In this document: positions 18,813 through 29,012 of the stretch, piece after piece
Layout: every line of letters starts with the position of its first letter
Position numbering within the stretch: position 1 is the first letter of the stretch
Virus record (IMG/VR): IMGVR_UViG_3300049846_001393
Span: 15,163 to 79,162 of that record
Strand: one strand, 5' to 3'
Length of the DNA stretch: 64,000 nucleotides
From: a virus
The notes under the pieces: generated by a model
What the model saw: only the letters and a program-made list of their open reading frames with translations
Databases searched by the model: none
What the model was told of the DNA's origin: nothing
Translations under genes and position numbers: made by a program

Positions 18813-20105
18813 TCAGGCAGTACGAGCGCCGTTGTAAACGTACATAAGACCAGCATCTGAAGTGAATGACAGGGTGGTCTCAAGCTTCTGCTGGATCTGA
18901 CCGGAGTAACCGGGGACCTGGAAACGAGCATCTGGTACGTAAATGGTCTTTACGCGGCTGCCGGTATCTGGGTGGTTGATACGAATCTCCAGAGGAACAG
19001 GAACAGCAGACTTAGGACCAACAACATTGGTTGAAGTAACACCAGTGATCTGAGCAAGCTTGTCCCACATATCTGCAGGATCGAATGGACGAACACCAAT
19101 CGAACCAGAAACCTCAGGAACATCATAGTCAGTAGCAACATAGTGCTCGTTACCGAACTCCTGATCGTTGTCAAGAGTTACTGCCCATGAAACCTCAGCA
19201 GACTGAACTGAGTTGAAGCGGGTGAATACTGGAGTAGCACCAGTGGTACCGATGTAAACATCAATATCCTTGGGGCGTACAGCAGCAGGCTTCACTGAAG
19301 CATTCTGGTGAACAGCGTTACCGTTAGGATTATTGCCAGACTGGGTGTATGAGCCAGTGGTGGTTGAGCTGTAGACGATACGAATTGTCTTGGTTGAACC
19401 GTCAAGAGCAGCAACACGGGCTGAACCAGTAGCAGTAAGGGTTACAGCGCTTGAAGTATTGGTGTAGTCATCACCGAAGAACAGACGACGGTAATCGCCA
19501 GTATCGGAAACAGCAACAATACAAAGAGCATAAAGATCGTCAGTACCCTCTTCGTAAAGAATGGCGGTATTGTCGAAGCTGTATGGGCCAACACCAGAGT
19601 AGGTCTCTTCCTGATAGTAAGGCTGACCTGGGGTGTAGTAGATTGAATCGCCACGAAGGGTGAATGACTGCGTAGCATTCTGGCCAATACCGTAACGGTA
19701 GGTTGCATTCTCAAGGGTAAGGTAAGGAATTGCTACACCCTTGACAATATTATACTGGTTACGGCGTGACTTGAATGGTGAGATTACGTCGATTGGAACG
19801 TGATTCTGGAAATCGATCTCGTTGCTACCAACAACGCCAGAAAGCTGATTGCCAGCAGCAGCGGAACCGGGATTAGCGGCGCCAGCCTTGCCAAGCAGTA
19901 GAGCCTCAAACTCGCTGAAAACATCGAACGACTCAAGATCGAATGAAAGATCGGGAATATCACGAACGGTAGCGACTGTCTGCCAGTTACCAAGCTCGTA
20001 AATCTTCTCCTCGGGGATGTTAAGGCTGCCGGGTCCACCAGTCTGGATACGGTCAACCACAAATCCGTTTACATCAGTTAAAATAGCACCGGCCTTAATA
20101 GCCAT
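18813..20105 (-). CDS. major tail tube protein
   Basis: 430 aa, strong GGAGG RBS, high-expression codon bias, upstream of the chaperone and tape measure. Confidence 0.8.
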   Translation of the reverse strand: MAIKAGAILTDVNGFVVDRIQTGGPGSLNIPEEKIYELGNWQTVATVRDIPDLSFDLESFDVFSEFEALLLGKAGAANPGSAAAGNQLSGVVGSNEIDFQNHVPIDVISPFKSRRNQYNIVKGVAIPYLTLENATYRYGIGQNATQSFTLRGDSIYYTPGQPYYQEETYSGVGPYSFDNTAILYEEGTDDLYALCIVAVSDTGDYRRLFFGDDYTNTSSAVTLTATGSARVAALDGSTKTIRIVYSSTTTGSYTQSGNNPNGNAVHQNASVKPAAVRPKDIDVYIGTTGATPVFTRFNSVQSAEVSWAVTLDNDQEFGNEHYVATDYDVPEVSGSIGVRPFDPADMWDKLAQITGVTSTNVVGPKSAVPVPLEIRINHPDTGSRVKTIYVPDARFQVPGYSGQIQQKLETTLSFTSDAGLMYVYNGARTA

Positions 20106-20206
20106 GATAAACCTCCAATTAAAAGTTAACTGTATCCAAACCTAGAAACTTATCTAAGGTTCCTGCATAAAAAAAGATGCACAAAGTCCTGTGAATTCTT
20201 AACACT

Positions 20207-20233
20207 GTAACGGAAATTATTCAAACAATTAAA
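20207..20233 (-). promoter_or_regulatory. putative phage-sigma promoter TTTA-N15-TCCGTTAC
   Basis: Same motif, upstream of the major tail gene. Confidence 0.6.
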
Positions 20234-20234
20234 A

Positions 20235-21197
20235 TTAACGTCTTCTTGTTGAACCTCTAGTTGCAGGAGGCTTAGGCTTTACGGTTGTTTTTCTTGTACC
20301 ATTCCCAGCTTTTTTAGAATTCTTCTGAGAATCTGCAACATATTTGTTAAGAACAGCTGTAAGCTTAACACCATATTCTTTATTCATCTTAGCAATACCC
20401 TTATCCAAGAATCTCCAGCCAAGAATACCCTTAGATTTCTTTGGCTTGAAAGATCTCTGTCCAAGGCCCCTAGTTTTAAAAGGATATACATAAATATATG
20501 GACCTCTTGGAGTTTGAACAATAGCCCTTGCAGATGGTGTTCTATCATATGGCTTACCAGATCCAACACCAACAGCGCCCCTACCCTTGCGTTTTGAACC
20601 CTTCTTTTTAGCAATCAAAGGGCTAGAAGGAACAACGAAACCAGATCGTGCACCAAACCTACTAAGATTTGGAGAGTCAGCAAGATTTCTCCTAAAAATC
20701 TTAACCTTCTCTGTTTCAGCTTTTTTTGAACCACGAGGAGATGCGCCAAAGTTTAGCCTAGCCCACTGTTTAGCATATTTATCAAGCTCAATAAAATTAA
20801 AACCAATACCCCTTGCAGAAGTAACAATAAGCCTATCGCTATTAAGACCCTTCTCCATCTGACCAGCAGAGTATCTTTTCAACTTGCCAGTATCAGCTTG
20901 ACGATAAGGCTTTCTACCACGCTTCTTGCCAGCCTTATAAGCCCTAAGCATTTCTTTTCGAGCAACCTCTCCAAGTTCCTCATGCATTACAGCAAGCTGG
21001 TTTCTAAAAGCAGAACTTCTTAAAGAAGTAGAAAAACTAGCTTTAACCCACTTAGCAAGCTGCGTGTTAGCCTCACTTGCAGCCTGATTAACAGCATCCT
21101 TAACTTCGATCTTAGCCATTACAGCAATAAGATCATTCTTACTTGTATTTGCTGTTGGACCTGGCTGAAAAATAAAGTTGCCACTCAACTTAGCCAT
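20235..21197 (-). CDS. basic neck/tail completion protein (HK97 gp10-like position)
   Basis: 320 aa, very Lys/Arg-rich; LNFG and GWRFL motifs; position before the major tail gene. Confidence 0.5.
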   Translation of the reverse strand: MAKLSGNFIFQPGPTANTSKNDLIAVMAKIEVKDAVNQAASEANTQLAKWVKASFSTSLRSSAFRNQLAVMHEELGEVARKEMLRAYKAGKKRGRKPYRQADTGKLKRYSAGQMEKGLNSDRLIVTSARGIGFNFIELDKYAKQWARLNFGASPRGSKKAETEKVKIFRRNLADSPNLSRFGARSGFVVPSSPLIAKKKGSKRKGRGAVGVGSGKPYDRTPSARAIVQTPRGPYIYVYPFKTRGLGQRSFKPKKSKGILGWRFLDKGIAKMNKEYGVKLTAVLNKYVADSQKNSKKAGNGTRKTTVKPKPPATRGSTRRR

Positions 21198-21199
21198 AA

Positions 21200-21448
21200 T
21201 TAATCCTTATTCAATATACTATATATATCGTCCAAACGATTCATAAATTCTTCATTCCAAACAACTTCATCTGGCTGAATCAAATCAAAAGCCATGTCGC
21301 AAAGATCATTAATGTCATCAAGAAACTTTTTTCTTAGTTTAGAAGAAACATCTTGAGGAAGAAAAGCATCGCACTCTCTTTCTTTAAATGACAAAAAAGA
21401 AGCAATAACCCTATCTCTACGCTTAGCTAGCAAACTATTATTATCCAT
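21200..21448 (-). CDS. hypothetical protein
   Basis: ORF coupled to neighbours. Confidence 0.55.
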   Translation of the reverse strand: MDNNSLLAKRRDRVIASFLSFKERECDAFLPQDVSSKLRKKFLDDINDLCDMAFDLIQPDEVVWNEEFMNRLDDIYSILNKD

Positions 21449-21725
21449 ATTGTCCACCCAAAGACCATGCCTCTGCCTCAGCAATCAAATGCTGCGGCTC
21501 TTGATGTATAACATTAGCAGCATCTTGCAGCGGAATAACATTAAGAACAACTAAAAGAGTTGCTAAAGCACCAGTTGAATCTAATGGTGGATATGGATTA
21601 ACAATAGTTTCTCTAGAAATTTCAATACCATTACTATAATTAATAACAACTACAGATCCATCAGAATTTTCTATAGTTTGTTCTATAAGAACACCATCTA
21701 AAGTAGTAATTTCAGTTAAAATCAT
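21441..21725 (-). CDS. hypothetical protein, possible fibre assembly chaperone
   Basis: ATGA overlap with the collagen-like gene stop. Confidence 0.5.
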   Translation of the reverse strand: MILTEITTLDGVLIEQTIENSDGSVVVINYSNGIEISRETIVNPYPPLDSTGALATLLVVLNVIPLQDAANVIHQEPQHLIAEAEAWSLGGQYG

Positions 21726-23851
21726 GGGGTACTCACTCTCATCCAAACATGAAATACGTTCCCTGTAATAGTACGACCTAAAGAAACTGTGGGATTATCA
21801 GCAAATGCTCCAGAAATTGAAGAACTTGTAAAAAATGTAAACATATTATTACTTGCAGCAGGAGTAGTTTCTCCAGCAATTTGTGCGGCAACAGAGCAAG
21901 CAGCAAATGTTGGATTAGCTCCAGCAGTATCAATATTTTGAGTAGAAATAGCTGCCCAATACCAACCGGGTGAAAGAGTTACTTCTGCAAATGTTTTAGT
22001 TAAAACACCAGTAGCATTTATAGAAGCTGTACCAGCATCTATTTTTACAGTTCCGGGTCTACCTGAATTATCATTATAAATACCAATGCGTACAACTGCT
22101 GAAGCTCCTGCATTTAAAGCAGTGCAATAAACAGAAAGTGCTGTAGTACCAACCTGTTTGCCAATATAGAATGGAACATATCTAACAGCATTATTAGAGT
22201 TTGCAGCACTTGATCCAGTAGACTGTGTAGTATATCCATTTCCATGCTGATGAGATAACAGCATATAGTCATTAGTAGCTAATGGAAGTTCGTTAACGCC
22301 TGGACCAGTTGCGCCAGTGCTTCCCGTAGAACCAGCGGGACCAGTCGCACCTGTGGCTCCTACAGCGCCATTGGTTCCATTGGTTCCTGCTGGACCAGCA
22401 GGCCCGGTAGCGCCAGTAGCACCAGCACCAGTAGCCCCTTGAGGACCAGTAGCGCCAGCAGGTCCAGTGGGTCCAGAAGGGCCAAGTTGGGTATACATGA
22501 CTTGCGTAGCAGTTAAAATAACGCTTGGAATAGCTGGAGAAGGAGCTGATGCTGCTGAATACTCAAGAAACAAGTCAGTATGTGTTGTATTCCAAAAAAG
22601 TTCAATATAGTCACTAGCGGTTAAATTTAAAACAAAATTTACAGTTCCAATATTATGCCCATCAATATTTCCATGATTTTCGTTAACACTCCACTTACTA
22701 TCACTATCATTTATATTAGTTCCATTTTTCTTTAACCAAACATTAACATCTTTAATTTGATTATTAGAATTTGCAAACTGAATAGAGAAAGTAATGCTAT
22801 AAACACCAGAATTAGAAAAAGTAATTTTACTATTATCTACAACAGAAACGCCATTATTGGATAAATCAGAATTGTTATAAGTAATTGGATATTCCGTGTT
22901 TGCGGAAACAGCGGTTTGATCTTGCGTAGACCAAAAAGAACCCCAATATCCTAAAGAGCCACCAGCACCCGCAGGACCAGTCGCACCCGTTGCGCCAGCA
23001 CCAGTTGCGCCCTGTGGTCCAGTAGAACCCGTTGCACCCACAGGACCAGTCCAACCATCACTGCCGGGTAGCCCCTGCGGACCTGTAGCGCCCGTAACAC
23101 CAGTCGGTCCAGTAAAGCCAATATCACCACTTGCAGACAAAAGAGTCCAAAATGTTCCCTCTACCGGAGTATCGCCAGTATTCCCACCATTAGCATTTAT
23201 ACGATACCAAGTTTGTCCACCATAAGTAGCAACATCACCAACCGCATACGATGCCCCTACGTTATAGGCACCAGTAAAATTCCAAAGAGCATTCGCACCT
23301 GTTGGACCAGTAGGACCTTCGGGACCAGTAGGACCGGTAGCACCTGTAGCGCCTGCCGAACCAGCAGATCCCGTAGCCCCAACAGCGCCAGTAAAACCCT
23401 GAACACCCTGAATTCCCTGTGGCCCCGTTGCTCCAGAAGCACCGACCAAACCTTCATTTCCTTGGATTCCCTGCGGACCAGTTGCGCCAGTAGAGCCCAC
23501 ACCACCAGTCAAACCAGTCGAACCAGTTGCACCAGTAAAACCTTGCGAGCCAACGGCGCCAGAAGCGCCTGTAGCGCCAGAATCACCAATAGGGCCAGTA
23601 GGCCCCTGTGGACCAGTAGAACCTGTTGCGCCAGCACCAGTTGCACCAGCGGGGCCAGTAGAACCAGTAGCACCCACACTACCAGTTGGACCAGCAGGCC
23701 CACTTGGACCAGTAGAACCCTGAACACCCTGTGGACCCTGAACGCCATCAACAACAATAGAAGGAACTGCCTCTTCTATCACTTCGATATAAGTGGCATC
23801 CTCAGAATCAACTATGATTATTGTTTCATCTTCCTCTTGAAAGGATGCCAT
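21722..23851 (-). CDS. collagen-like fibre protein with CBM5/12-like and C1q/BclA-like domains
   Basis: Three Gly-X-Y tracts; YAVGDVATYGGQTW...W module; SGVYSITFSIQF beta-sandwich. Confidence 0.85.
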   Translation of the reverse strand: MASFQEEDETIIIVDSEDATYIEVIEEAVPSIVVDGVQGPQGVQGSTGPSGPAGPTGSVGATGSTGPAGATGAGATGSTGPQGPTGPIGDSGATGASGAVGSQGFTGATGSTGLTGGVGSTGATGPQGIQGNEGLVGASGATGPQGIQGVQGFTGAVGATGSAGSAGATGATGPTGPEGPTGPTGANALWNFTGAYNVGASYAVGDVATYGGQTWYRINANGGNTGDTPVEGTFWTLLSASGDIGFTGPTGVTGATGPQGLPGSDGWTGPVGATGSTGPQGATGAGATGATGPAGAGGSLGYWGSFWSTQDQTAVSANTEYPITYNNSDLSNNGVSVVDNSKITFSNSGVYSITFSIQFANSNNQIKDVNVWLKKNGTNINDSDSKWSVNENHGNIDGHNIGTVNFVLNLTASDYIELFWNTTHTDLFLEYSAASAPSPAIPSVILTATQVMYTQLGPSGPTGPAGATGPQGATGAGATGATGPAGPAGTNGTNGAVGATGATGPAGSTGSTGATGPGVNELPLATNDYMLLSHQHGNGYTTQSTGSSAANSNNAVRYVPFYIGKQVGTTALSVYCTALNAGASAVVRIGIYNDNSGRPGTVKIDAGTASINATGVLTKTFAEVTLSPGWYWAAISTQNIDTAGANPTFAACSVAAQIAGETTPAASNNMFTFFTSSSISGAFADNPTVSLGRTITGNVFHVWMRVSTP

Positions 23852-23853
23852 TT

Positions 23854-24201
23854 TTACCTCGTTACTTCATCAGTTACTTTAAAAGATCCAAAGAACGGGC
23901 AGGAAACATCGCCATTCGAACCAGAGATAATTTCAATATCATACTTGTAAGAACCTGGATCGAACAAAGAAGAAGTATCAGAATCAGAAATAAATAGTTC
24001 AATATAATTATCGGCAATAACAATACCACTATTTTCAGTAGTTAATTCAATTATTGCGTCAGAATCAAAATCAACTTTGATTTGCATTCTTCCTGTATAA
24101 GTAGAAAGATCTAAAGGCTTTTTATCTTTGTCAAAAAGATACCACTTTTTTCTAAAAGTAGTTCCCTTCTTGCAAGAAAGAGGATACTTTATAGGAGTCA
24201 T
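23854..24201 (-). CDS. BppU-like fibre attachment protein
   Basis: PLDLSTYTGRMQIK...YKYDIEI motif, common upstream of phage collagen fibres. Confidence 0.6.
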   Translation of the reverse strand: MTPIKYPLSCKKGTTFRKKWYLFDKDKKPLDLSTYTGRMQIKVDFDSDAIIELTTENSGIVIADNYIELFISDSDTSSLFDPGSYKYDIEIISGSNGDVSCPFFGSFKVTDEVTR

Positions 24202-24203
24202 AA

Positions 24204-24557
24204 TTACGACTCCCAAGCAGGCTTAGCAGTAAGAATATCTCCAACCCAATAAGTAGGTGTTGCACTAGAAGTTACAGAAATATAATACGTCTGCTTAGTA
24301 GCATCAGTAAAAGTCTCAACAATCTTATAAACAGAACCAGAAGGCTGAATAAGATCGTTCTCAACGACATCATTAAGAGACCACTCACCATCAGCATTAG
24401 CTGAAGTAGTCCTAGCGCCAGAAATAACGGTATCTGTAGAAGGAACTCTAGCAATGGGGGAAACATCAGTGTCCCAAGACAGGGTTACAGAAACCTGAGC
24501 AAAGCTCTGAGGTGACGAAGTTCCCGACCTGTTAATTTTATTCTCAATAGTAGCCAT
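24204..24557 (-). CDS. hypothetical virion protein
   Basis: 117-aa beta-rich ORF in the neck module. Confidence 0.5.
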   Translation of the reverse strand: MATIENKINRSGTSSPQSFAQVSVTLSWDTDVSPIARVPSTDTVISGARTTSANADGEWSLNDVVENDLIQPSGSVYKIVETFTDATKQTYYISVTSSATPTYWVGDILTAKPAWES

Positions 24558-25087
24558 TATCCTACCTCGTCATCCATATAATTATCCATAATTTCAACGG
24601 CAATGGTCCACCAAAACTTATTGTATCTTAGATCCCAATCCCTATTTCTAGTAATTTCAGGATTTTCAAACTCGCAATAAAAAATTTGTGGCTGACTTGA
24701 CTGAGTTAGGTCATAAACCCTAAGTCCACCATCAGCAATACCAGCATCTCTAAGAGCAGAAAACTTGCCCCTAATTATGTCATATACATCACCGGAAAGC
24801 TGAGTACCTATAGGATCATCCTGAGCAAAGATATCTACATAAGCAAAATGCTGTGTCTGCTCCAACATAGAACCCATCTCAAGTTCAGTAGAAAAAGAAT
24901 CCTCTATAGAAACAGCAACAACATTTGGTTTAATTTCCTCAGAAGGATCATAAGGAGTTGACTTGACTGAAACAGGGAGATGTTTTCTATTCTCGCCAAA
25001 CCAACCAAGTTCAGTAAGACCATCTTCGATCATCTTACGAAAACTATCCCTAACAAGTCTAGTTCTTATACCACCAACATAACTCAT
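24557..25087 (-). CDS. tail terminator-like protein
   Basis: 176 aa acidic, YVDIFA motif, neck position. Confidence 0.55.
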   Translation of the reverse strand: MSYVGGIRTRLVRDSFRKMIEDGLTELGWFGENRKHLPVSVKSTPYDPSEEIKPNVVAVSIEDSFSTELEMGSMLEQTQHFAYVDIFAQDDPIGTQLSGDVYDIIRGKFSALRDAGIADGGLRVYDLTQSSQPQIFYCEFENPEITRNRDWDLRYNKFWWTIAVEIMDNYMDDEVG

Positions 25088-25539
25088 GACTCATCCACCG
25101 ACATTAGATACATATTATAAACAGTAACTTCAAAAAGTCCAGTTGGTGGAGCAGTATAATCAATTACATAAGTATTGCCACCAAGCAAAACTTCATCAGC
25201 ATCCTTAACCTGATCATAGTGAATATCAAGAATAGTCAATATAACTCTATTGTTATCAAACTCACCCATGGCAGTGCCATTGCCATCAGAACCAGAGAAC
25301 TGAACGGAGACAGGAACCTGAACATCAGGTTTAGAAACTGTAGTAGCAGGCTCTCCAGTAAAGTCGTAAGGATTACCTTCAGGATCTGCTACATCATAAG
25401 TATAGTGTGTATTCCAGCGAAAAGTAGCCCTATCAGAAACATTCTCTGGAAGACCCATCTCCATAGCAGAAGTAATAGCAGACCTGAAAAGAGCAGCATC
25501 AAACCCAGCGCCAAAATTAGGATCGGTAACTTTAGCCAT
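25084..25539 (-). CDS. head-tail stopper/adaptor-like protein
   Basis: Size and position in the head-tail module. Confidence 0.5.
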   Translation of the reverse strand: MAKVTDPNFGAGFDAALFRSAITSAMEMGLPENVSDRATFRWNTHYTYDVADPEGNPYDFTGEPATTVSKPDVQVPVSVQFSGSDGNGTAMGEFDNNRVILTILDIHYDQVKDADEVLLGGNTYVIDYTAPPTGLFEVTVYNMYLMSVDES

Positions 25540-26036
25540 CAGCCGTTCCAATCAATAAGACTACCACGCAGGGATTCGTCACGGCTCCTAACAGCATCAA
25601 TATAGAAAGAATCAGTAAATCCACCATCAGAAAGACGCTGAAGAATCGTCGCCCTCTGAGCCAAAAGAGAATCAAGCAAAGACTTAATAACCTGAGCAGA
25701 CTGCTGAGTTTCATACTCAACATCGCCAGCCCTAGCCCTGAACAAAGTCTTCAACTGCATAATCTGATTCTGATAAATATTGATCGCAGCATACATAATA
25801 ACGATCTGCTGAAGATCCCTACCAAAAGTAGCATCGCCAGAAGCCGGTGAAACAATCCCGTCCTCGTCACAAACAAAGCCAGAGATAATGCCATCGTTAT
25901 AGGCACTCCAAAAAGCATTGCGAAGACGGGTTAACCACTCCGTATCAGACGCAGTAATAAACGGAGAAGTCGCACCAGGAACAGTCACAGCACCCTCAAG
26001 ATCGCCAATGAGTTCACTTAAATCCACTGACGCCAT
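25539..26036 (-). CDS. head-tail connector-like protein
   Basis: 165 aa, GGAGG RBS, RAGDVEYE motif, position after the capsid genes. Confidence 0.55.
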   Translation of the reverse strand: MASVDLSELIGDLEGAVTVPGATSPFITASDTEWLTRLRNAFWSAYNDGIISGFVCDEDGIVSPASGDATFGRDLQQIVIMYAAINIYQNQIMQLKTLFRARAGDVEYETQQSAQVIKSLLDSLLAQRATILQRLSDGGFTDSFYIDAVRSRDESLRGSLIDWNG

Positions 26037-26094
26037 GAGAACCTCCTGTTGACCTACACTTGATAAACGTCAACGTTATATGAAAATTTAGGTA

Positions 26095-26571
26095 CTATGG
26101 CTTGATAACCTCAACCTCAGAGACCTCAGCAACATCGCCACGAACCTCAGCAAGACGGCTCTCCAAAGCCCTGAACTGAGCCATAGAAACATTCAGAGAC
26201 TCATCGCTTGCAAGCTCATGCATACGCTCCAAAGCAATAACATTAGTAATGTCATCAAGTTTCTGAGAAAACGTCTTACCCTTAGTCTTAAGGATATCAA
26301 GCATATCAGTCTCAGTCAGATGATTAGGATTGCTAGCAATCTCCTCATAATCATCAGCACTATCAACAAGACGCATAGGAGCAAGACGACCATTACTAAA
26401 AATGTCCATATCTGCAGAAGCAGCACGATCCTGATTCAACTGACGCTCCTCAACAGAAATAGTCAACGACTGACCAGCCCTAATCGGAACAGAACGCAAA
26501 GCGCCCTTGTGATCATAGGTGAGAATAAAAACATCACCCTTGCCAATATTCGACCAAGTTTCCTTGTCCAT
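26095..26571 (-). CDS. hypothetical protein downstream of major capsid
   Basis: 158 aa, AGGAGG RBS. Confidence 0.6.
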   Translation of the reverse strand: MDKETWSNIGKGDVFILTYDHKGALRSVPIRAGQSLTISVEERQLNQDRAASADMDIFSNGRLAPMRLVDSADDYEEIASNPNHLTETDMLDILKTKGKTFSQKLDDITNVIALERMHELASDESLNVSMAQFRALESRLAEVRGDVAEVSEVEVIKP

Positions 26572-26624
26572 AACTAACCTCCTAAATCCATAATATAATA
26601 AACCAAGTCACACTAAAAATAAAA

Positions 26625-26661
26625 ACAAAAAGGAAAAAGGGGAGGGTTTTACCCCTCCCCC
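26625..26661 (-). terminator. intrinsic terminator after major capsid gene
   Basis: GGGGAGGG hairpin followed by a T-rich tract on the minus strand. Confidence 0.8.
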
Positions 26662-26683
26662 AAATCCGACTAGATCAGAAAGA

Positions 26684-27634
26684 TCAAGCAGAGATGCTGG
26701 TATCCACGAATCGACGGACACGATCTGGGCGGTGAACAACACCACCAAAGTCCTTCTTGCCGATGTAGTGCCAGTACCAGTTATCATCCTCCATGTACTC
26801 CTTCGACTTCATGCCACCCCAGAAGGCGAACTTAGAAGCGTCAGTTGAGATGACGTACATCTCGTTACCGGGGATGAAGGGCTCCTCATTCTCATCAAGG
26901 TAATTGGTGAGAGAGATGATGCTGGCGCCACGGTATGTGCCAAGAAGGCCACGGCTAACCATTTCCTCGTTGGTAGCAGGCAGGAAGCCAGAACCATTGT
27001 AGGAAGCACCAAGAAGCTCATCCATGATCTGCTCAGTCATCGTAGGACGACCAACAATCACAACCTCACGGGTACGTGAGGCATCACGGACTGCAGTAAG
27101 AGCAGAGTTAAGAGCAGCAAGGCTCACGCTAGTACCCGAAACATAGTAGGGGCTAGATGAGGGGATTGCAGCCTGGAAGAGTGAGAAGACACGCTGGTTA
27201 ACAGCAGCATCCATACGACGAACAGCAAGGTCCACAAGGGTAGCGGAGGTCTCAGCGAAGTTGGTCTCCATCTTCTCCTCAAACTCTGTTACGTGGAAAC
27301 CAACCGTGTCACGGGTAATCTCCATTACGTCAGCGTTTAGAGTAGAAGCCTCAATGTGACCGCCACGGGCGACCCAGAAAGCCTTAAGACCACGAACTTC
27401 CTTTACGAAAGAACGGCCATCGAACGGGAGATTCTCAACCTCAGCCATAAGGCTAAGAAGATTCTCATGCTCGAAACCCTCATAAATGGTCTCAGTCATT
27501 TCCTGAGCACGCTCACGACGCCACTGTGGATCATCAAAGTTCTCACGAGCCTCTGCGTTCAACTGGGCGACCTTCTGACGAAGGGCATCTAGTTCTGGAT
27601 TTGATTCCTTACCGAAAAGCTTAAAGCTAGACAT
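26684..27634 (-). CDS. major capsid protein
   Basis: 316 aa from MSSFK, AAAGGAGG RBS, strong codon bias, GLLGTYRGASII motif, strong terminator after. Confidence 0.8.
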   Translation of the reverse strand: MSSFKLFGKESNPELDALRQKVAQLNAEARENFDDPQWRRERAQEMTETIYEGFEHENLLSLMAEVENLPFDGRSFVKEVRGLKAFWVARGGHIEASTLNADVMEITRDTVGFHVTEFEEKMETNFAETSATLVDLAVRRMDAAVNQRVFSLFQAAIPSSSPYYVSGTSVSLAALNSALTAVRDASRTREVVIVGRPTMTEQIMDELLGASYNGSGFLPATNEEMVSRGLLGTYRGASIISLTNYLDENEEPFIPGNEMYVISTDASKFAFWGGMKSKEYMEDDNWYWHYIGKKDFGGVVHRPDRVRRFVDTSISA

Positions 27635-27647
27635 TTTAACCCTCCTT

Positions 27648-28211
27648 TCAGAAGTTAATACGGGCCTCAACCTCACCGGTTGAAGCATTGACGGCGGTTA
27701 CAACAAGCCAACCATTAGCGGCAGTGGCAGTCTCAGCCCAGTAACCGGCAGAATCATTGCCAGTGCCGGGGGTGAGGTAGTCACCAACAGCGACAGTTGG
27801 AGTGGCACCAAGGCCAGCAACCATCACGCGAGCGGTTGGGTAATTCTGACGGGTGAGGAATGAAGTAGCAGTGGTATTCTTGAATGCCACCTTTACGTCC
27901 TCGCCATTTACAACCTGCACGGGCTCACCAGCGGGAACCGTGTCGAAGTCAGAGTAGGTTGAGAGATATGGGTCCTGACCAATGTGCTGAATGTGCTCAT
28001 AAACTAGAACACCGCCAGTACCTGGCTTGGGCTTGGCCTGAGCGCCAGTGGCAAGCTCTACACCAAGACGACCAGTAGCTGAATCGGCCTCACCGCTAAG
28101 TACCACAGGGGCACCAATGGGAAGGTCGGTTGAGCCATCTAGGTAGTATCGGCCAGCGCGATTGCCGCCCTTAGGAGTTACTCTAAAAGAAAAATTACGA
28201 CCGTAAGACAT
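27648..28211 (-). CDS. capsid decoration/cement protein
   Basis: 187 aa Ala/Gly/Thr-rich, between scaffold and capsid, strong RBS. Confidence 0.65.
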   Translation of the reverse strand: MSYGRNFSFRVTPKGGNRAGRYYLDGSTDLPIGAPVVLSGEADSATGRLGVELATGAQAKPKPGTGGVLVYEHIQHIGQDPYLSTYSDFDTVPAGEPVQVVNGEDVKVAFKNTTATSFLTRQNYPTARVMVAGLGATPTVAVGDYLTPGTGNDSAGYWAETATAANGWLVVTAVNASTGEVEARINF

Positions 28212-28234
28212 TGCTAAACCCTCCTTTCAAAAAT

Positions 28235-28954
28235 TTATAGGTAACGAACGTCAACACCACGGTTACGAGCGCCGAAAACATCAGCGGCAACAGAACCAGT
28301 TGTGGTGTGGTCATCATTGCGGACATTGGACATTGCAGTCTCGGGGATTACGTCAGCCTCAGCCTCACCATTCTCGTCCTCATCGGCGCGAGCGGTGGAA
28401 GCAACAGCCTTCCAATCCTCAATAACTGCCTCAAATGCGTCGTCCTCCATCGCTACCCAGCGATCAAGGTTGGCATCAATGTAATCATCTGCGAACGGAG
28501 CCGCAGTCTTTACTGCCTCGCGGCGAGCCTCACGACGGGCCTGAACCAGTGCAGCCTGCTCAATAGCAGCAGCCTCAGCATCTAGATAAGCAACAAGCTC
28601 ATCATACTTTGCCTCAGCAGCAGCAACACGGATTTCAGCCTTATCAAGGTCTGCCTGTAGCTCGGCAATCTGACCATCCAATTCAGTACGAGCCTGAGAA
28701 GTACGAAGCTCCTCAATCTCTGACTGCAGCTCAGCGACCTTAGTCTCGGCAGCAGCCTGAAGAGGGGCGACAGCCTCGGTTACAGCAGCAGTAAACTCAT
28801 CTTCGGTATAAGTCTTCATGTCACCCCCTCCAATGGAGTAATCATTATTGTTAATGGAAATATCCTCATTGCAGAAGGGACAATCCTCTGCAATGTGATC
28901 GGCGGTTTCCGGCTTCTCTTTTAAGAGTAGATCATGAAAATCTTTAAGAATCAT
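28235..28954 (-). CDS. capsid scaffolding protein
   Basis: Acidic coiled-coil; second in-frame start (GGAGG...MKTYTEDEF). Confidence 0.7.
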   Translation of the reverse strand: MILKDFHDLLLKEKPETADHIAEDCPFCNEDISINNNDYSIGGGDMKTYTEDEFTAAVTEAVAPLQAAAETKVAELQSEIEELRTSQARTELDGQIAELQADLDKAEIRVAAAEAKYDELVAYLDAEAAAIEQAALVQARREARREAVKTAAPFADDYIDANLDRWVAMEDDAFEAVIEDWKAVASTARADEDENGEAEADVIPETAMSNVRNDDHTTTGSVAADVFGARNRGVDVRYL

Positions 28955-28979
28955 AACTTTACCTTTCACGCCTGAAACA

Positions 28980-29006
28980 ATAACGACTATGCGTAATTAA
29001 ATTAAA
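28980..29006 (-). promoter_or_regulatory. putative phage-sigma promoter TTTA-N15-GTCGTTAT
   Basis: Same motif, upstream of the scaffold-capsid operon. Confidence 0.6.
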
Positions 29007-29012
29007 CTAAAA

